Assembly (NCBI GenBank): GCA_963827275.1
Contig: CAWHAA010000001.1
Location: 1-64,000 of the forward strand
DNA length: 64,000 nucleotides
Reading direction: 5' to 3'
Source: an uncultured Spirochaetota bacterium
GTDB taxonomy: Bacteria; Spirochaetota; UBA4802; UBA5550
Each line of letters opens with the position of its first letter. The stretch's first letter is position 1. Made by a program: the position numbers and the translations under genes. The notes beneath the pieces were generated by a model, which saw only the letters and a program-made list of their open reading frames with translations, was not told where the DNA came from and searched no databases. Shown here piece after piece: positions 50,278 to 60,231 of the stretch.

Positions 50278-51028
50278 TTGTTCGATGAACGGCAGGATGA
50301 TACTCAAGGGGATCGGCGTATCATTCAATGACGGTGAGACGATCGGCATTATCGGCAAGTCCGGCTCCGGCAAGACGCTCTTACTCAAGACCATCGCGGG
50401 ATTGACCGGGCGTTTCCCCGGCGCGGTCTCGGTCAACGGCTCCCCGCTGCCGCGGCGCAGGTCCGAAGCGCAGAAAATGGTCTCGTTTCACGGCGCCGGC
50501 CTCCACCCGCTCAATCCTTCCGAGGTCCTGCTTGATTTTCTCCTCCACGCGAGGGTCCCGTTCAAGCGGCCGTTCAGCGCCTTTTCGGATTATGACCGCC
50601 AGATCACCGAGGAATACATCGGCCTGCTCGGCCTCGGCCCGTTCAGGGACGAGCCGCTGGGCATCGTCCCCGACGGCATCTTCGCGCTGGCCATGCTGGC
50701 CCGCACCTTCATCGGCGAGTCCTATGCCGTTGCGCTCGACAACCCGACGAATGACCTGGATATCGCTTCCGTGCGGTTGCTGGAAAAAACAGTGGGAAGG
50801 TACGTGATAAACGGCGACCACGTCGCCGTCCTCTGCTCCAACGACCTCAATTTTATCGCGCAGACGGCCGACCGGGTGCTCGTAATGGACGGCGGCCGGA
50901 TCGCTGAAACGGGCGGCGTGGCAATGCTGGACCGGGACCTGATACAGCGGTATTTCGGCATCGAGGTGATGGTATCAAAGAATGTCTATAACGGCAGGCC
51001 GGAATTCCACATCTTTCCGGATGCGTGA
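50255..51028 (+). CDS. ABC ATP-binding protein, FepC/BtuD-like, degenerate motifs
   Basis: Walker A GKSGSGKT; ALDNPTNDLD; SNDLNFIAQTADRVLVMDGG; LIQRYFGI. Confidence 0.8.
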   Translation: MIDIKNLDCSMNGRMILKGIGVSFNDGETIGIIGKSGSGKTLLLKTIAGLTGRFPGAVSVNGSPLPRRRSEAQKMVSFHGAGLHPLNPSEVLLDFLLHARVPFKRPFSAFSDYDRQITEEYIGLLGLGPFRDEPLGIVPDGIFALAMLARTFIGESYAVALDNPTNDLDIASVRLLEKTVGRYVINGDHVAVLCSNDLNFIAQTADRVLVMDGGRIAETGGVAMLDRDLIQRYFGIEVMVSKNVYNGRPEFHIFPDA

Positions 51029-51083
51029 GTTCTACTATCCGGCACGTTGCGCCCTGCCAGAGGGGAATCACAAGCAAGACCCG

Positions 51084-51425
51084 TCAGATGAAAAACTTGA
51101 TCTTCATCTTGGCCTCGTCCACGCTCTGGGCGAAGATGAGGTAGTTGTACACGCCGAGCGTCTCCGCCATCTTGAGGAGCTCTTTTTCCGGCCAGAGGAT
51201 GATGACGCGCCGGTCATGATCCTTGGCGAAGAAGGAGACGTCCACCAGCGCGTTCATACCGGCGGAGGTCACCAGGGTGACGTTTTCAAAATTTATTATC
51301 AGGCTTTCGCGCTCGGTCACCTGCCGGACAAGGGAGATGAAGTTCTCCACCGTGTCCGCGGTGAGGCTCCCGCTCATGACGAGCACCTTGACGCCTTCAA
51401 TTTCGTTTATCGAATAGTTCAGCAT
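51084..51425 (-). CDS. STAS-domain protein (anti-sigma factor antagonist-like)
   Basis: 113 aa; LIINFENVTLVTSAGMNALV. Confidence 0.8.
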   Translation of the reverse strand: MLNYSINEIEGVKVLVMSGSLTADTVENFISLVRQVTERESLIINFENVTLVTSAGMNALVDVSFFAKDHDRRVIILWPEKELLKMAETLGVYNYLIFAQSVDEAKMKIKFFI

Positions 51426-51449
51426 GTGGTCTCTCTCGCCGCGCCGGCG

Positions 51450-52541
51450 TTATGTAAGGACTTCGGTCATCACCCTTTTCAGGAGGTCCGCCGGTATGTG
51501 CTGATTAATCCTCGGTTTTCCCAGCCCGTCAAGCAAAACAAAATTCACGGCGCCCCCGAAATTTTTCTTATCGTACGCCATGTGCCCGATGACGCCGTCG
51601 ACATCAAGGCCCTCCATGCGTTCCGCCAGCCCGTAGCGGTCGATCAGGGTGCCGACGCGGGCGGCATCGCCCTCGGTCACGAGACCCATCCGCCGCATGG
51701 CCTCGATCTTCACGCGGATCCCCGCGGCGACGGCACCGCCGTGCGAAATGCCCCGGTACTCCATGAAGGACTCGATGGCATGCCCGACGGTATGGCCGAA
51801 ATTCAGGATGGCCCGCAGGCCGCTCTCCCGCTCGTCCTTTTCCACGACGCCCGCCTTGAACGAGGCCGAAAGCGCGACGAGGCGCTCGACCGCGTCCCGC
51901 CCCCTGATCGAGGCCAGGTCGTTGGCCTGGAGGAGACCCAGGGTGTGCGGCTCGCCGACCAGCCCGTGCTTGAGCGCCTCGGCGATTCCGTTCTTCAGCT
52001 CGCCATCGGGAAGCGTCCCGATGAATACCGGGTCGCTCACCACCATCAGCGGCTGGCGGAACACCCCGGCGATGTTCTTTCCCACGGACAGGTTGACCGC
52101 CGCTTTCCCCCCTATGCTCGAGTCCACCATCGCCAGCAGGGTCGTCGGGACATGGACCACCGGGACCCCCCGCATGTAGAGGCCCGCGCAGTAGCCGGCA
52201 AAATCGCCGACCACGCCGCCCCCGATGCCGATTATCGCCGATTTGCGGTTCAGCCCGCTCTCGATGAACTTTTCGAGGAAGCGCCCCGCATGTGCGTAGC
52301 TCTTGTTCTCCTCGGAATCGTCAAAAACAAGGAAGCGGCACCTGTCCCGGATCCCGGCGAGCGCCTCGTCTATGTACGGCCGGTGCAGGTCATACACGCG
52401 CGCGCCGGCTATCACCGCGATGCGCTCGAACGGGTACAGCTCCTTGCGGCGAAGGGACTCGCCCAGGATGCCGCTGCCGATGAGAATCTCATAGGCAGCG
52501 CCGCCCGCGGACGCCGATATGTGCCGTATTACATCTGCCAT
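51450..52541 (-). CDS. aroB: 3-dehydroquinate synthase
   Basis: GGGVVGD, PTTLLAMVDSSIGGK, LRAILNFGHTVGHAIE, HGGAVA, DKK. Confidence 0.96.
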   Translation of the reverse strand: MADVIRHISASAGGAAYEILIGSGILGESLRRKELYPFERIAVIAGARVYDLHRPYIDEALAGIRDRCRFLVFDDSEENKSYAHAGRFLEKFIESGLNRKSAIIGIGGGVVGDFAGYCAGLYMRGVPVVHVPTTLLAMVDSSIGGKAAVNLSVGKNIAGVFRQPLMVVSDPVFIGTLPDGELKNGIAEALKHGLVGEPHTLGLLQANDLASIRGRDAVERLVALSASFKAGVVEKDERESGLRAILNFGHTVGHAIESFMEYRGISHGGAVAAGIRVKIEAMRRMGLVTEGDAARVGTLIDRYGLAERMEGLDVDGVIGHMAYDKKNFGGAVNFVLLDGLGKPRINQHIPADLLKRVMTEVLT

Positions 52542-52984
52542 AAGCTTCCCAGGTACTGTTCATGTTCGCGGTGTTCGATGATCGACGAGAGGGTATCGTT
52601 GATAGGGGGATAGAGGCGCATCCGGGAAATCTCTTCCGGGCTGAAAAACCCGTAGTCGCGCAGGCGCCGTTCTTTCCCGATACGGTATTCCCCGCCGCGG
52701 TACGAGCAAAAGAACGAAATGTTCAGGATGTGGCGTTTCCCGTGCGGCTCGATGGCGTCGCTCATGCAGGCAAAGCCCTCCACGCCGACGCGTATGCCGA
52801 GCTCCTCGCAGAACTCGCGCTCGAGCGCCCGGACAAGCGATTCACCGTACTGTACCCCGCCCCCGGGGAGCAGCCAGTATGTCTCGCCCTTTTTCCTGTG
52901 TGATATCAGGAGGAGGGCCCCGTCCCGGACAAGGATCCCAGACACCCGCACCCTGACCATCCTGTTGAACATGTCAAATATCAA
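52529..52984 (-). CDS. NUDIX hydrolase
   Basis: LPGGGVQYGESLVRALEREFCEELG Nudix box. Confidence 0.9.
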   Translation of the reverse strand: MIFDMFNRMVRVRVSGILVRDGALLLISHRKKGETYWLLPGGGVQYGESLVRALEREFCEELGIRVGVEGFACMSDAIEPHGKRHILNISFFCSYRGGEYRIGKERRLRDYGFFSPEEISRMRLYPPINDTLSSIIEHREHEQYLGSLWQM

Positions 52985-53732
52985 GGTCGCCTGCCTCTAT
53001 CTTCTTGAGGGAGGCCCGCGCCGCGTTCATCTCGGCCTTTCGCTTGCTCGGCCCTTCGCCGGTGACGACCTCCCTGCCGTTGATCACCAGGCTCACGGTG
53101 AATTCCTTCTGGTGGTCGGGCCCCCGTTCATCGATGACGCGGTAAACCGGGCGCTCCTTGTATTTTTTCTGAACATATTCCTGGAGGGCCGTTTTCGGGT
53201 CGCGCAGGTACGTGAGGTTATTGACCCTGCCTATCTCGTCCCGCAGGAGCGAGAGTACCAGCTTGCGGCATTCCTTGAGGCCCGAGTCCAGGTAGAGGGC
53301 GCCGATGATCGCCTCAACGGTGTTTGCCAGGATCGACGACCGGTCCCTGCCGCCGCTGTGCTCCTCACCCCTCCCCATGAAGATGAACCTGCCGAGGTCG
53401 GTGCTCCGCGCCAGCTTGGCGAGCGTCGCCTCAGACACGACGGCGGACTTGATCTTGGCGAGCTCGCCCTCGCGGTACTCCTCGAATTCCCTGTATAAAT
53501 ATTCATTGACGACAAGCCCGAGCACCGAGTCGCCGAGATATTCAAGCCGCTCGTTGTCCGTAGTCGCCCCCCCTGATTCATTCACAAACGACCGGTGCGT
53601 GAGGGCGCGCTTCAGGAGGTTCTTGTTCTTGAATTTTACATGAATAACTTTTTGAAGCCGGTCAATAGTGGTGTCTGCGATTTTCTTTTCTTGCCGCTTT
53701 TTTTTTGTATGTGGTGTGTTTTCCGGTACCAT
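52974..53732 (-). CDS. rnc: Ribonuclease III
   Basis: ALTHRS, NERLEYLGDSVL, dsRBD DPKTALQE..GPDH..GEGPSKRKAE. Confidence 0.97.
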   Translation of the reverse strand: MVPENTPHTKKKRQEKKIADTTIDRLQKVIHVKFKNKNLLKRALTHRSFVNESGGATTDNERLEYLGDSVLGLVVNEYLYREFEEYREGELAKIKSAVVSEATLAKLARSTDLGRFIFMGRGEEHSGGRDRSSILANTVEAIIGALYLDSGLKECRKLVLSLLRDEIGRVNNLTYLRDPKTALQEYVQKKYKERPVYRVIDERGPDHQKEFTVSLVINGREVVTGEGPSKRKAEMNAARASLKKIEAGDLDI

Positions 53733-53765
53733 GGGTTTCAGGCCGCCCTGCGGGCAAAAGCGCTA

Positions 53766-54005
53766 TCACTTTCCCAGGACGGTTTCGAGGTACTTGACGA
53801 CATTGTCAACCTTCTGGAACCCATCGGCGTCCTGCTCCGGTATATCTATCTTGAACTCGGCCTCCAGCGCCATGACCAGCTCTACCGAGTCGATGGAATC
53901 CGCGCCGAGATCATCGACAAAATGCGCATCGCCGGTCACCAGCTCGTCGTCCACATTGAGCTGTTTCGTGATAATCTTCTGTACACGTTCAAAAACAGTC
54001 GCCAT
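53766..54005 (-). CDS. acpP: Acyl carrier protein
   Basis: DDLGADSIDSVELVMALEAEFKIDIP; GGAGGA RBS. Confidence 0.95.
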   Translation of the reverse strand: MATVFERVQKIITKQLNVDDELVTGDAHFVDDLGADSIDSVELVMALEAEFKIDIPEQDADGFQKVDNVVKYLETVLGK

Positions 54006-54144
54006 GTTCTTCCTCCCGGGCCCCTGCAGACGAAAATACCGGCATGGAACAGCCGCCCGTACCAGCAATAGTTATCGGTAAATATAAAATTGTCAAGATA
54101 TTCTGCAAAAAACGGCCTGCCGGACCGCCGTCCGGGCCAGCGGC

Positions 54145-54175
54145 AAAAAAAAAGACGCCCTGGCGGCGTCTTTTT
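54145..54175 (-). terminator. Rho-independent terminator after rpmF
   Basis: A9-GACGCC-CTGGC-GGCGTC-T5. Confidence 0.8.
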
Positions 54176-54197
54176 CCTGATGATCGATATGCTCGGA

Positions 54198-54389
54198 CTA
54201 TTCCTTGATCTTCACCTTTTTTTCAACGATGACTGTTCCCTTGTAAGAACCGCATTCAGGACATACCCTGTGCGGGAGCGTGTAGGCGCCGCAGCGGGGA
54301 CAGGGCCTGAGGTTGGGAACTCCGATAGCGTCATGGGAGCGTCTCATTCTTGATTTGGACTTCGATTTCCTTCTCTTTGGTAATGCCAC
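54198..54389 (-). CDS. rpmF: 50S ribosomal protein L32
   Basis: [35 protein letters not shown]. Confidence 0.97.
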   Translation of the reverse strand: MALPKRRKSKSKSRMRRSHDAIGVPNLRPCPRCGAYTLPHRVCPECGSYKGTVIVEKKVKIKE

Positions 54390-54478
54390 GATACAACTCC
54401 ATTAGTGCCTAAATTAAAACCGTATGGTATCAGGGATTTTCAATATTTTGACCAAAATCTGTCAAGATATTTTTTGAA

Positions 54479-55189
54479 TTATTTGCCGCCCAGCAGGAAC
54501 AGCCTCTTTTTCGCCATCTGCGCATAGGATGATTCGGGAAATGACTTGATCACCCGGTCATAGCTGTTCCGCGCATTTATGATGTCGTTCATCTTGCCAT
54601 ACACGCGGGCCTGGTTGAAGAAGATCTGGTCGGCGACCATGCTCTCGGAATACTTGTCCTCAAGGCGCTTGTAGATTTCCATCGCGCCCTTCAGGTCCTT
54701 TGCCTCCTCCAGGGCGACGGCCGCCTTCAGCAGGGCCAGCGGCGCGAGGCGGCTCTTCGGCTTCTTGTCGGCAAAGCGCACAAGGCACGCGCTCGCTTCG
54801 CGATACTTGTCCTGGACGTAATACATGTTGCCGAGGGCGTAAAAACCCGCGATATGCGCGAAGCCGAAATAGGTGTCATCGACAAATTTTTGCATCTCGA
54901 CGGTGACGCCCTTGATCTTTTCGATGTCACCGGTCGCGGAATCTTTCGCGTAACGTTCCATTATCTTGTCAAAGCGCTGGTTGTTACGGGCGGTCGCGAA
55001 ATCCGCGGCGATCACGGCACCCAGTATGATCACAATGAGCGCAAGCAGGCCGGCCAGTGAATAGAGGACCGGCTTCCTGTTGTTTTTCAACACGTCTTTC
55101 GCGTCCATGAGAAACTGCTCAATGACGTTTCTCTCGATCTCGATCTTGCTGGCCTCGCGCTCCGGCCTGTTCCTCGGTTTCCGTGCCAT
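54479..55189 (-). CDS. Membrane-anchored TPR protein (YfgM-like)
   Basis: Single TM followed by TPR units, ending FPESSYA. Confidence 0.75.
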   Translation of the reverse strand: MARKPRNRPEREASKIEIERNVIEQFLMDAKDVLKNNRKPVLYSLAGLLALIVIILGAVIAADFATARNNQRFDKIMERYAKDSATGDIEKIKGVTVEMQKFVDDTYFGFAHIAGFYALGNMYYVQDKYREASACLVRFADKKPKSRLAPLALLKAAVALEEAKDLKGAMEIYKRLEDKYSESMVADQIFFNQARVYGKMNDIINARNSYDRVIKSFPESSYAQMAKKRLFLLGGK

Positions 55190-55192
55190 CGG

Positions 55193-56863
55193 TTATTTGT
55201 TCTCCAGGTTTATATTGACGAAATCTCCAAGGGTGACCGTGCTCGGCCTCGTTCCCTTCATTATCCTTTCCAGCTCCTCCTTCTCGGAGGCCGACTCGAA
55301 GCTCTTGATGCTCAGCGAAAGCCGCTTCTTGTCAACGTCAACGTCGAGCACCACCGCGCTCACGGGATCGCCGATCTTGAATTCATCCTCGAGTTTTTCA
55401 ATACGCCTTCTCGAGATCTCGGATATGTGGACCAGGCCCTCGACGTCGTTCTCGATCTTCACGAAAAGCCCGAAAAGGGTGATGCCCGAAACCGTCCCCT
55501 CGACGCGGGTGCGCGGCGGATATTTCTGCTTGATCAGCTCCCAGGGCGAGCGGGTGAGCTGCTTGAGGCCGCACGCTATCTTCATCTGTTCCCTGTTGAT
55601 CTCCAGGATCTTGATTTCCACTTCGCCGCCCGCCGCGTACTGTTCGGGAACGCTCCGTATGTTGCCTTCCCACGAAATATCGGAAAGATGCACCAGGCCG
55701 TCGATCCCCTCCTCAAGCTCGACGAACATGCCGAACTTGACGATTTTCTTTATCTTCTTGCGGTGGACGGAGCCGACCGGGAAGCGCTCATGAACCGTGT
55801 CCCACGGATTCGGGGCGAGCTGCTTGTATCCCAGGGTCAGCTTCCGCTCCTCCTGATTGATGTCAAGCACCATGAAATTGACGGGCTCTCCCTTCTTCAG
55901 TATGTCCGCGGCATTGACGCCGCTCTTGCTCCAGGACAGGTCCGCGTTGCCGACGAATCCTTCGACGCCGTCGTCTATCTCGACAAACGCCCCGTGGTTC
56001 GTGATGGTGACGACCTTGCCCGACACGGTATCGCCCGGCTTGTATTTTTCATTTATGCTGATCCAGGGGTCCTCGGCAAGCTGCTTGAGGCCGAGGGATA
56101 TCCGCCGGTCCGCGCGGTTGATATCGAGGATCACGAACTCCTGCTCCTTGCCGAGCTTCAGCACCTTGCGCTGCTTGAAGACCTTTTTCCAGGACATGTC
56201 ATTGCGGTGCAGGAGGGCATCCAGCCCCTCGACCCGCACGAATATGCCGAACTCCACGTATTTCAGGCCGACGCCGGTAACGATGTCGCCCGGCTTGTAC
56301 TTGGCGGCGAAGCTCTCCCACCTGGCCTCGATCTCCTCGTCCAGGTAGTCCTTGCGCGACACCACTATTGATTTCTTTTTTTTATCGATGCTCTTTATCT
56401 TGAAGGTGTATTCCTCGTCGGACTCATTCCTGTTTTTCAGGTCGGCGGTAAGGGAGAACGGGAGAAAGGCGATGACGCCGCCGCAATCGACCAGCTTCCC
56501 CTTGTTGATCGAGCTCTTGATCCTGCCGGAGATGGAGGTGTGGCCCTGGTCGCACAGCTCCATGAATTTTTTCCAGCCGAGCTCCGCCGACGCGGAGTTC
56601 TTTGAAAACTGGAACATCCCGTCCACCATTCTCTTGTTCTGCATCATGACGGGGACAACGTCGCCGATCACCGGCTTTTCATCGAATTCCTGGAGCGGGA
56701 TCCTGCCGTCGGTCTTGGAGCCGACATTCACGTATACGTAATCGCTGTCGATGGTTACAATTTCACCCTGTATGATCATGCCGGGCTGGATATCTTCCGC
56801 GGTCGAATCCGCGACATGTTCCATGTCTATGTTTTCATTGGGTTCGGGGGTGAAATTCTCCAT
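55193..56863 (-). CDS. rpsA: 30S ribosomal protein S1
   Basis: Six S1 repeats (FGxFV..GLxHxSD..SW; ISLGLKQL..PW). Confidence 0.95.
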   Translation of the reverse strand: MENFTPEPNENIDMEHVADSTAEDIQPGMIIQGEIVTIDSDYVYVNVGSKTDGRIPLQEFDEKPVIGDVVPVMMQNKRMVDGMFQFSKNSASAELGWKKFMELCDQGHTSISGRIKSSINKGKLVDCGGVIAFLPFSLTADLKNRNESDEEYTFKIKSIDKKKKSIVVSRKDYLDEEIEARWESFAAKYKPGDIVTGVGLKYVEFGIFVRVEGLDALLHRNDMSWKKVFKQRKVLKLGKEQEFVILDINRADRRISLGLKQLAEDPWISINEKYKPGDTVSGKVVTITNHGAFVEIDDGVEGFVGNADLSWSKSGVNAADILKKGEPVNFMVLDINQEERKLTLGYKQLAPNPWDTVHERFPVGSVHRKKIKKIVKFGMFVELEEGIDGLVHLSDISWEGNIRSVPEQYAAGGEVEIKILEINREQMKIACGLKQLTRSPWELIKQKYPPRTRVEGTVSGITLFGLFVKIENDVEGLVHISEISRRRIEKLEDEFKIGDPVSAVVLDVDVDKKRLSLSIKSFESASEKEELERIMKGTRPSTVTLGDFVNINLENK

Positions 56864-56959
56864 GGCCTTCCATCCTGGTTTTAGTTAGATACAACCGTCC
56901 GTCCGCCCTCGCGGAAGCATCCGCGGTGCGGCCGCCGGTCTCCGCCGGTCCGGCACATG

Positions 56960-57634
56960 TTATGGCTTGATGTGAAGGACCAGGTCCTTTATAGTACCGA
57001 CAACTTGTTCCATTGTCATGTTCGATGTGTCGAGGTACACAGCGTCATGGGCGCGGACGAGTGCGCCGTACGGCCGCCGCCTGTCCTGCTCGTCACGCTG
57101 TATAATCTGTTTTTTGATTAGATTTTCGTCAACATTTTTTCCCAATTCCCGGTATTCTTTGATCCGGCGGCCGGCACGCACTTCAACCGACGCGTCCAGG
57201 TAAAGCTTCAGATCGGCGTCGGGGAACACCACGGAGCCGATGTCCCTGCCGTCCATGATAATGGACCTGCTCCCGGCCCACTTCCGGAGAAGGCCGTTCA
57301 CGAAATTACGCACGTCCACGTTGTCGGATATTATGCCGATGTTCTTCGCGATGGCCTCGTCCCTGACAAGGAGCGTGACATCGACGCCGTTCACGCTGGT
57401 CAGGGAGACGCCGTCGCGGGTGAATTCCTGTGAAATATCAAGCGCGGCGATGTCGCCGGTGAAGGTGAACGCGGGCGTGATCCCGCCGTCACGGCGGAGG
57501 ACATGCCAGGTGATGGACCGGTAGATCGCGCCGGAATCGATGTAGGTGAGCCCCGCGTCGACCGCCACGCGGCGCGATACGCTGCTCTTCCCCGAGCCCG
57601 CGGGCCCGTCAACCGCCACCGTTATCTTCCTCAT
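56960..57634 (-). CDS. cmk: Cytidylate kinase
   Basis: VDGPAGSGKSS, IDSGAIYR, MDGRDIGSVVFPDA. Confidence 0.96.
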   Translation of the reverse strand: MRKITVAVDGPAGSGKSSVSRRVAVDAGLTYIDSGAIYRSITWHVLRRDGGITPAFTFTGDIAALDISQEFTRDGVSLTSVNGVDVTLLVRDEAIAKNIGIISDNVDVRNFVNGLLRKWAGSRSIIMDGRDIGSVVFPDADLKLYLDASVEVRAGRRIKEYRELGKNVDENLIKKQIIQRDEQDRRRPYGALVRAHDAVYLDTSNMTMEQVVGTIKDLVLHIKP

Positions 57635-58494
57635 TTAAGACCGTCCCGTACCGACTTCGCGCCGGCGAAATACTCATGCAGCCGTCCGCCGTCCGTGTCC
57701 GACAGGGCCTTCCTGATGCGCCCGAGCTCGGCGGCCATGCGGTCTATCGCTTCGATGATGTTGTCCCTGTTCATGAGGGATATATCGCGCCACATGTCGG
57801 GAGACCCGGAGGCGACCCTGGTCGTGTCCCGGAAGCCGTTTCCGATAAAGGCGCCCGGGTCCGCGACGCCGCGGAGGGTGCGAAATTCACGGAACACCGC
57901 CACAAGCGAGGCGGCGACGAGGTGCGGGAGATGGCTGGTGTAGGTCACGATGCGGTCGTGCTCGTCCGGGGAAACCTCGAGGGTACGGGCCCCCAGAGAT
58001 TCCCAGAACCGGCCGACCGCGGCGACGTCCTCGGCGCGGTTACGCCGGTGAGGGGTGATGATGACCGAGGCGCCGCTGAAGAGGTCGTCCCTGGCGTGCT
58101 CGTATCCCATCTTCTCCGACCCCGCCATGGGATGGCACCCGATGAACTGCCCCGCCCTGTCGAGCCGTTCCACCGAGCTGATGACGCGCTCCTTGACGCT
58201 CCCGACGTCGATCACGATGGCATGCGGCTCCAGGTCGGGCGCGGAAAGGATGCGATGTATTATTTCAAGCGAGGAATCCACCGGGGTCGACACCACGGCG
58301 AGGTCAACGCCGGCGAGGGACACCCGGTCGAACCCGCCGATGGAATCAACGAAGCGCGACTCGAGCGCCGGCGCTAGCCGCTCGGGGCTCCTCCCGTAGG
58401 CGTGGATGCGCGTGCCGGGAGCTGTCTTTTTCAGGCCCCTGCAGATGGAACCGCCCAGCAAACCCAGGCCGAATAGTGCGATGGTGGTGAACAT
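57631..58494 (-). CDS. tyrA: Prephenate/arogenate dehydrogenase
   Basis: GLGLLGGS, DVGSVK, HPMAGSE, HD..SHLPH, GFRDTTRVA. Confidence 0.94.
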   Translation of the reverse strand: MFTTIALFGLGLLGGSICRGLKKTAPGTRIHAYGRSPERLAPALESRFVDSIGGFDRVSLAGVDLAVVSTPVDSSLEIIHRILSAPDLEPHAIVIDVGSVKERVISSVERLDRAGQFIGCHPMAGSEKMGYEHARDDLFSGASVIITPHRRNRAEDVAAVGRFWESLGARTLEVSPDEHDRIVTYTSHLPHLVAASLVAVFREFRTLRGVADPGAFIGNGFRDTTRVASGSPDMWRDISLMNRDNIIEAIDRMAAELGRIRKALSDTDGGRLHEYFAGAKSVRDGLK

Positions 58495-58558
58495 GCTGTC
58501 CCGTCAGTAGCGGCGCGGAAGGTGCGCGCGCGCCGCAGAAAAATTCATGGCCGGACGC

Positions 58559-59617
58559 CTAACTGCCGACCGGGTATGAGCCGAGTATCTTGAGAAACAT
58601 CGTTTCAGCCTTTACCAGCGCCAGGGCCTGCCGAACCGTTTCGTCCCCGGTATGGCCCATGAAATCGATGAAAAAATTATACTCCCAGATCTTCTTCTTG
58701 TCAGGCCTCGATTCGATCTTCGTCATGTTGATGCCCGCGTCGCTGAACGGCTTCAGGAGCGCCAGGAGCGCGCCCGGCCTGTCCTTCACCGCGCATACGA
58801 TCGAGGTCTTGTCATTGCCGGTGGCGGGTTCCGGCTCCCTGCCGAGCAGGAAAAACCTCGTAACGTTCTGGCGGGAATCCTCTATCATGGTGGCGAGCGT
58901 GTTCAGCCCGTAGATCTCGGCCGCGAGGCCGGACGAGATGGCGGCGGCGCCCTCTTCCCGCGAAACGATCTCAGCGGCGCGCGAGGTAGAATCGACGCTG
59001 ATCACTTCCGCGTTCGGCAGGTTTCCCCTGATCCACCCCTTGCACTGGCCGATGGTCTGGGGGTGCGAGTAAATTTTCCTGATGGAAGACATGCTCCGGT
59101 CGCGCGACAGCAGGCTGTAGGTCACCCTGACGAACTGCTCCGACTTTATTACAAGGCTCGTCTCAACCAGCTCGTCAAGGGTGAAGGTGACCGGTCCCTC
59201 GGTGCTGTTCTCCACCGGCACGACGCCGTACCGTGCGGCGCCCGCCTCCACCTGCTGGAACACGTCCTGAATCGTCCGCTGCGGCAGCGGCGTTATGGCT
59301 TCGCCGAACAGCTGCCTGACCGCGATCGCGGTGAAGGTGCCCTCCGGCCCCAGGAAGGCCACGGTGGCCGGCGCGACGGACGCCATCGCGCCGGAAAGCA
59401 TGTCAACATAGATTTTCTTGATGATGTCGGCGGAGAGCGGGCCGTTGTTGAACTTTTCGATCATGTCAAAGAGCGCGCCGCGGTCCCCGGCGCTGAAGAG
59501 GTCGCCCGCGGGCCGCTTCCTGAGCTCCTCCATGTAGAGGGCCGACCGGCGCGAGATCAGGTCCATGATCTCCCTGTCGATCCGCTCGATGTCTTCCCTG
59601 GACGCCATGTCATTCAT
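58559..59617 (-). CDS. pheA: Chorismate mutase / prephenate dehydratase (P-protein)
   Basis: REDIERID N-domain, FLGPEGTF, PVENSTEG, SHPQ, NVTRF, ACT domain TKIESRP. Confidence 0.95.
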   Translation of the reverse strand: MNDMASREDIERIDREIMDLISRRSALYMEELRKRPAGDLFSAGDRGALFDMIEKFNNGPLSADIIKKIYVDMLSGAMASVAPATVAFLGPEGTFTAIAVRQLFGEAITPLPQRTIQDVFQQVEAGAARYGVVPVENSTEGPVTFTLDELVETSLVIKSEQFVRVTYSLLSRDRSMSSIRKIYSHPQTIGQCKGWIRGNLPNAEVISVDSTSRAAEIVSREEGAAAISSGLAAEIYGLNTLATMIEDSRQNVTRFFLLGREPEPATGNDKTSIVCAVKDRPGALLALLKPFSDAGINMTKIESRPDKKKIWEYNFFIDFMGHTGDETVRQALALVKAETMFLKILGSYPVGS

Positions 59618-60215
59618 CCCAGTTTAATGAGAATTCCTTGATTTCGGAAAGCTTCGGGAGGTCCGCAAGCTTGTTAAGGCCGAAATATTTCAAAAATTCG
59701 ATGGTCGTGCCATAGGCAAGGGGACGCCCCGGCAGCTCCTTGCGCCCCACCGGCTTCACCAGGGTGCGCTCCATCAATTTCACCACCATCATTCTCGATG
59801 AGACGCCCCGCAGCTCGTCTATCTCCGCAAGCACGATCGGCTGCTTGTAGGCGATGATCGACAGCGTCTCCATCATCCCCTTTGACAGGCCCTCGCGCTT
59901 CCTGACGCCGATGACCCTGCGCAGCTGGTCCGCGTAGCGCCCGCTCGTGACGAACTGGTACCCGCGGGCAATCTCCTGGAGCAGTATGCCGCCGTCGCGG
60001 TCGCCGTATTCATCGACGAGGGAATCGAGGATGATCTTCGCCTGCGTCGGGTCGATGGAAAAATTGGTGACGAAGAATGAAAGCGGTACAGGCTCGTTGC
60101 TCAGAAACAGCACCGCCTCCATCAATCCCTTTATCGATTCATCGTCCCTGTGGGCATCATCAGGCCCGGTTTCCTGGCCGTCTTTTTCCACGACATCATC
60201 CTGTATGGTTGCCAT
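59610..60215 (-). CDS. scpB: SMC-Scp complex subunit ScpB
   Basis: EAVLF, ETLSIIAYKQP, ELRGV, PGRPLAYGTT.EFLKYFGL. Confidence 0.95.
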   Translation of the reverse strand: MATIQDDVVEKDGQETGPDDAHRDDESIKGLMEAVLFLSNEPVPLSFFVTNFSIDPTQAKIILDSLVDEYGDRDGGILLQEIARGYQFVTSGRYADQLRRVIGVRKREGLSKGMMETLSIIAYKQPIVLAEIDELRGVSSRMMVVKLMERTLVKPVGRKELPGRPLAYGTTIEFLKYFGLNKLADLPKLSEIKEFSLNWDE

Positions 60216-60231
60216 TGCTCCTCGTAATCCG

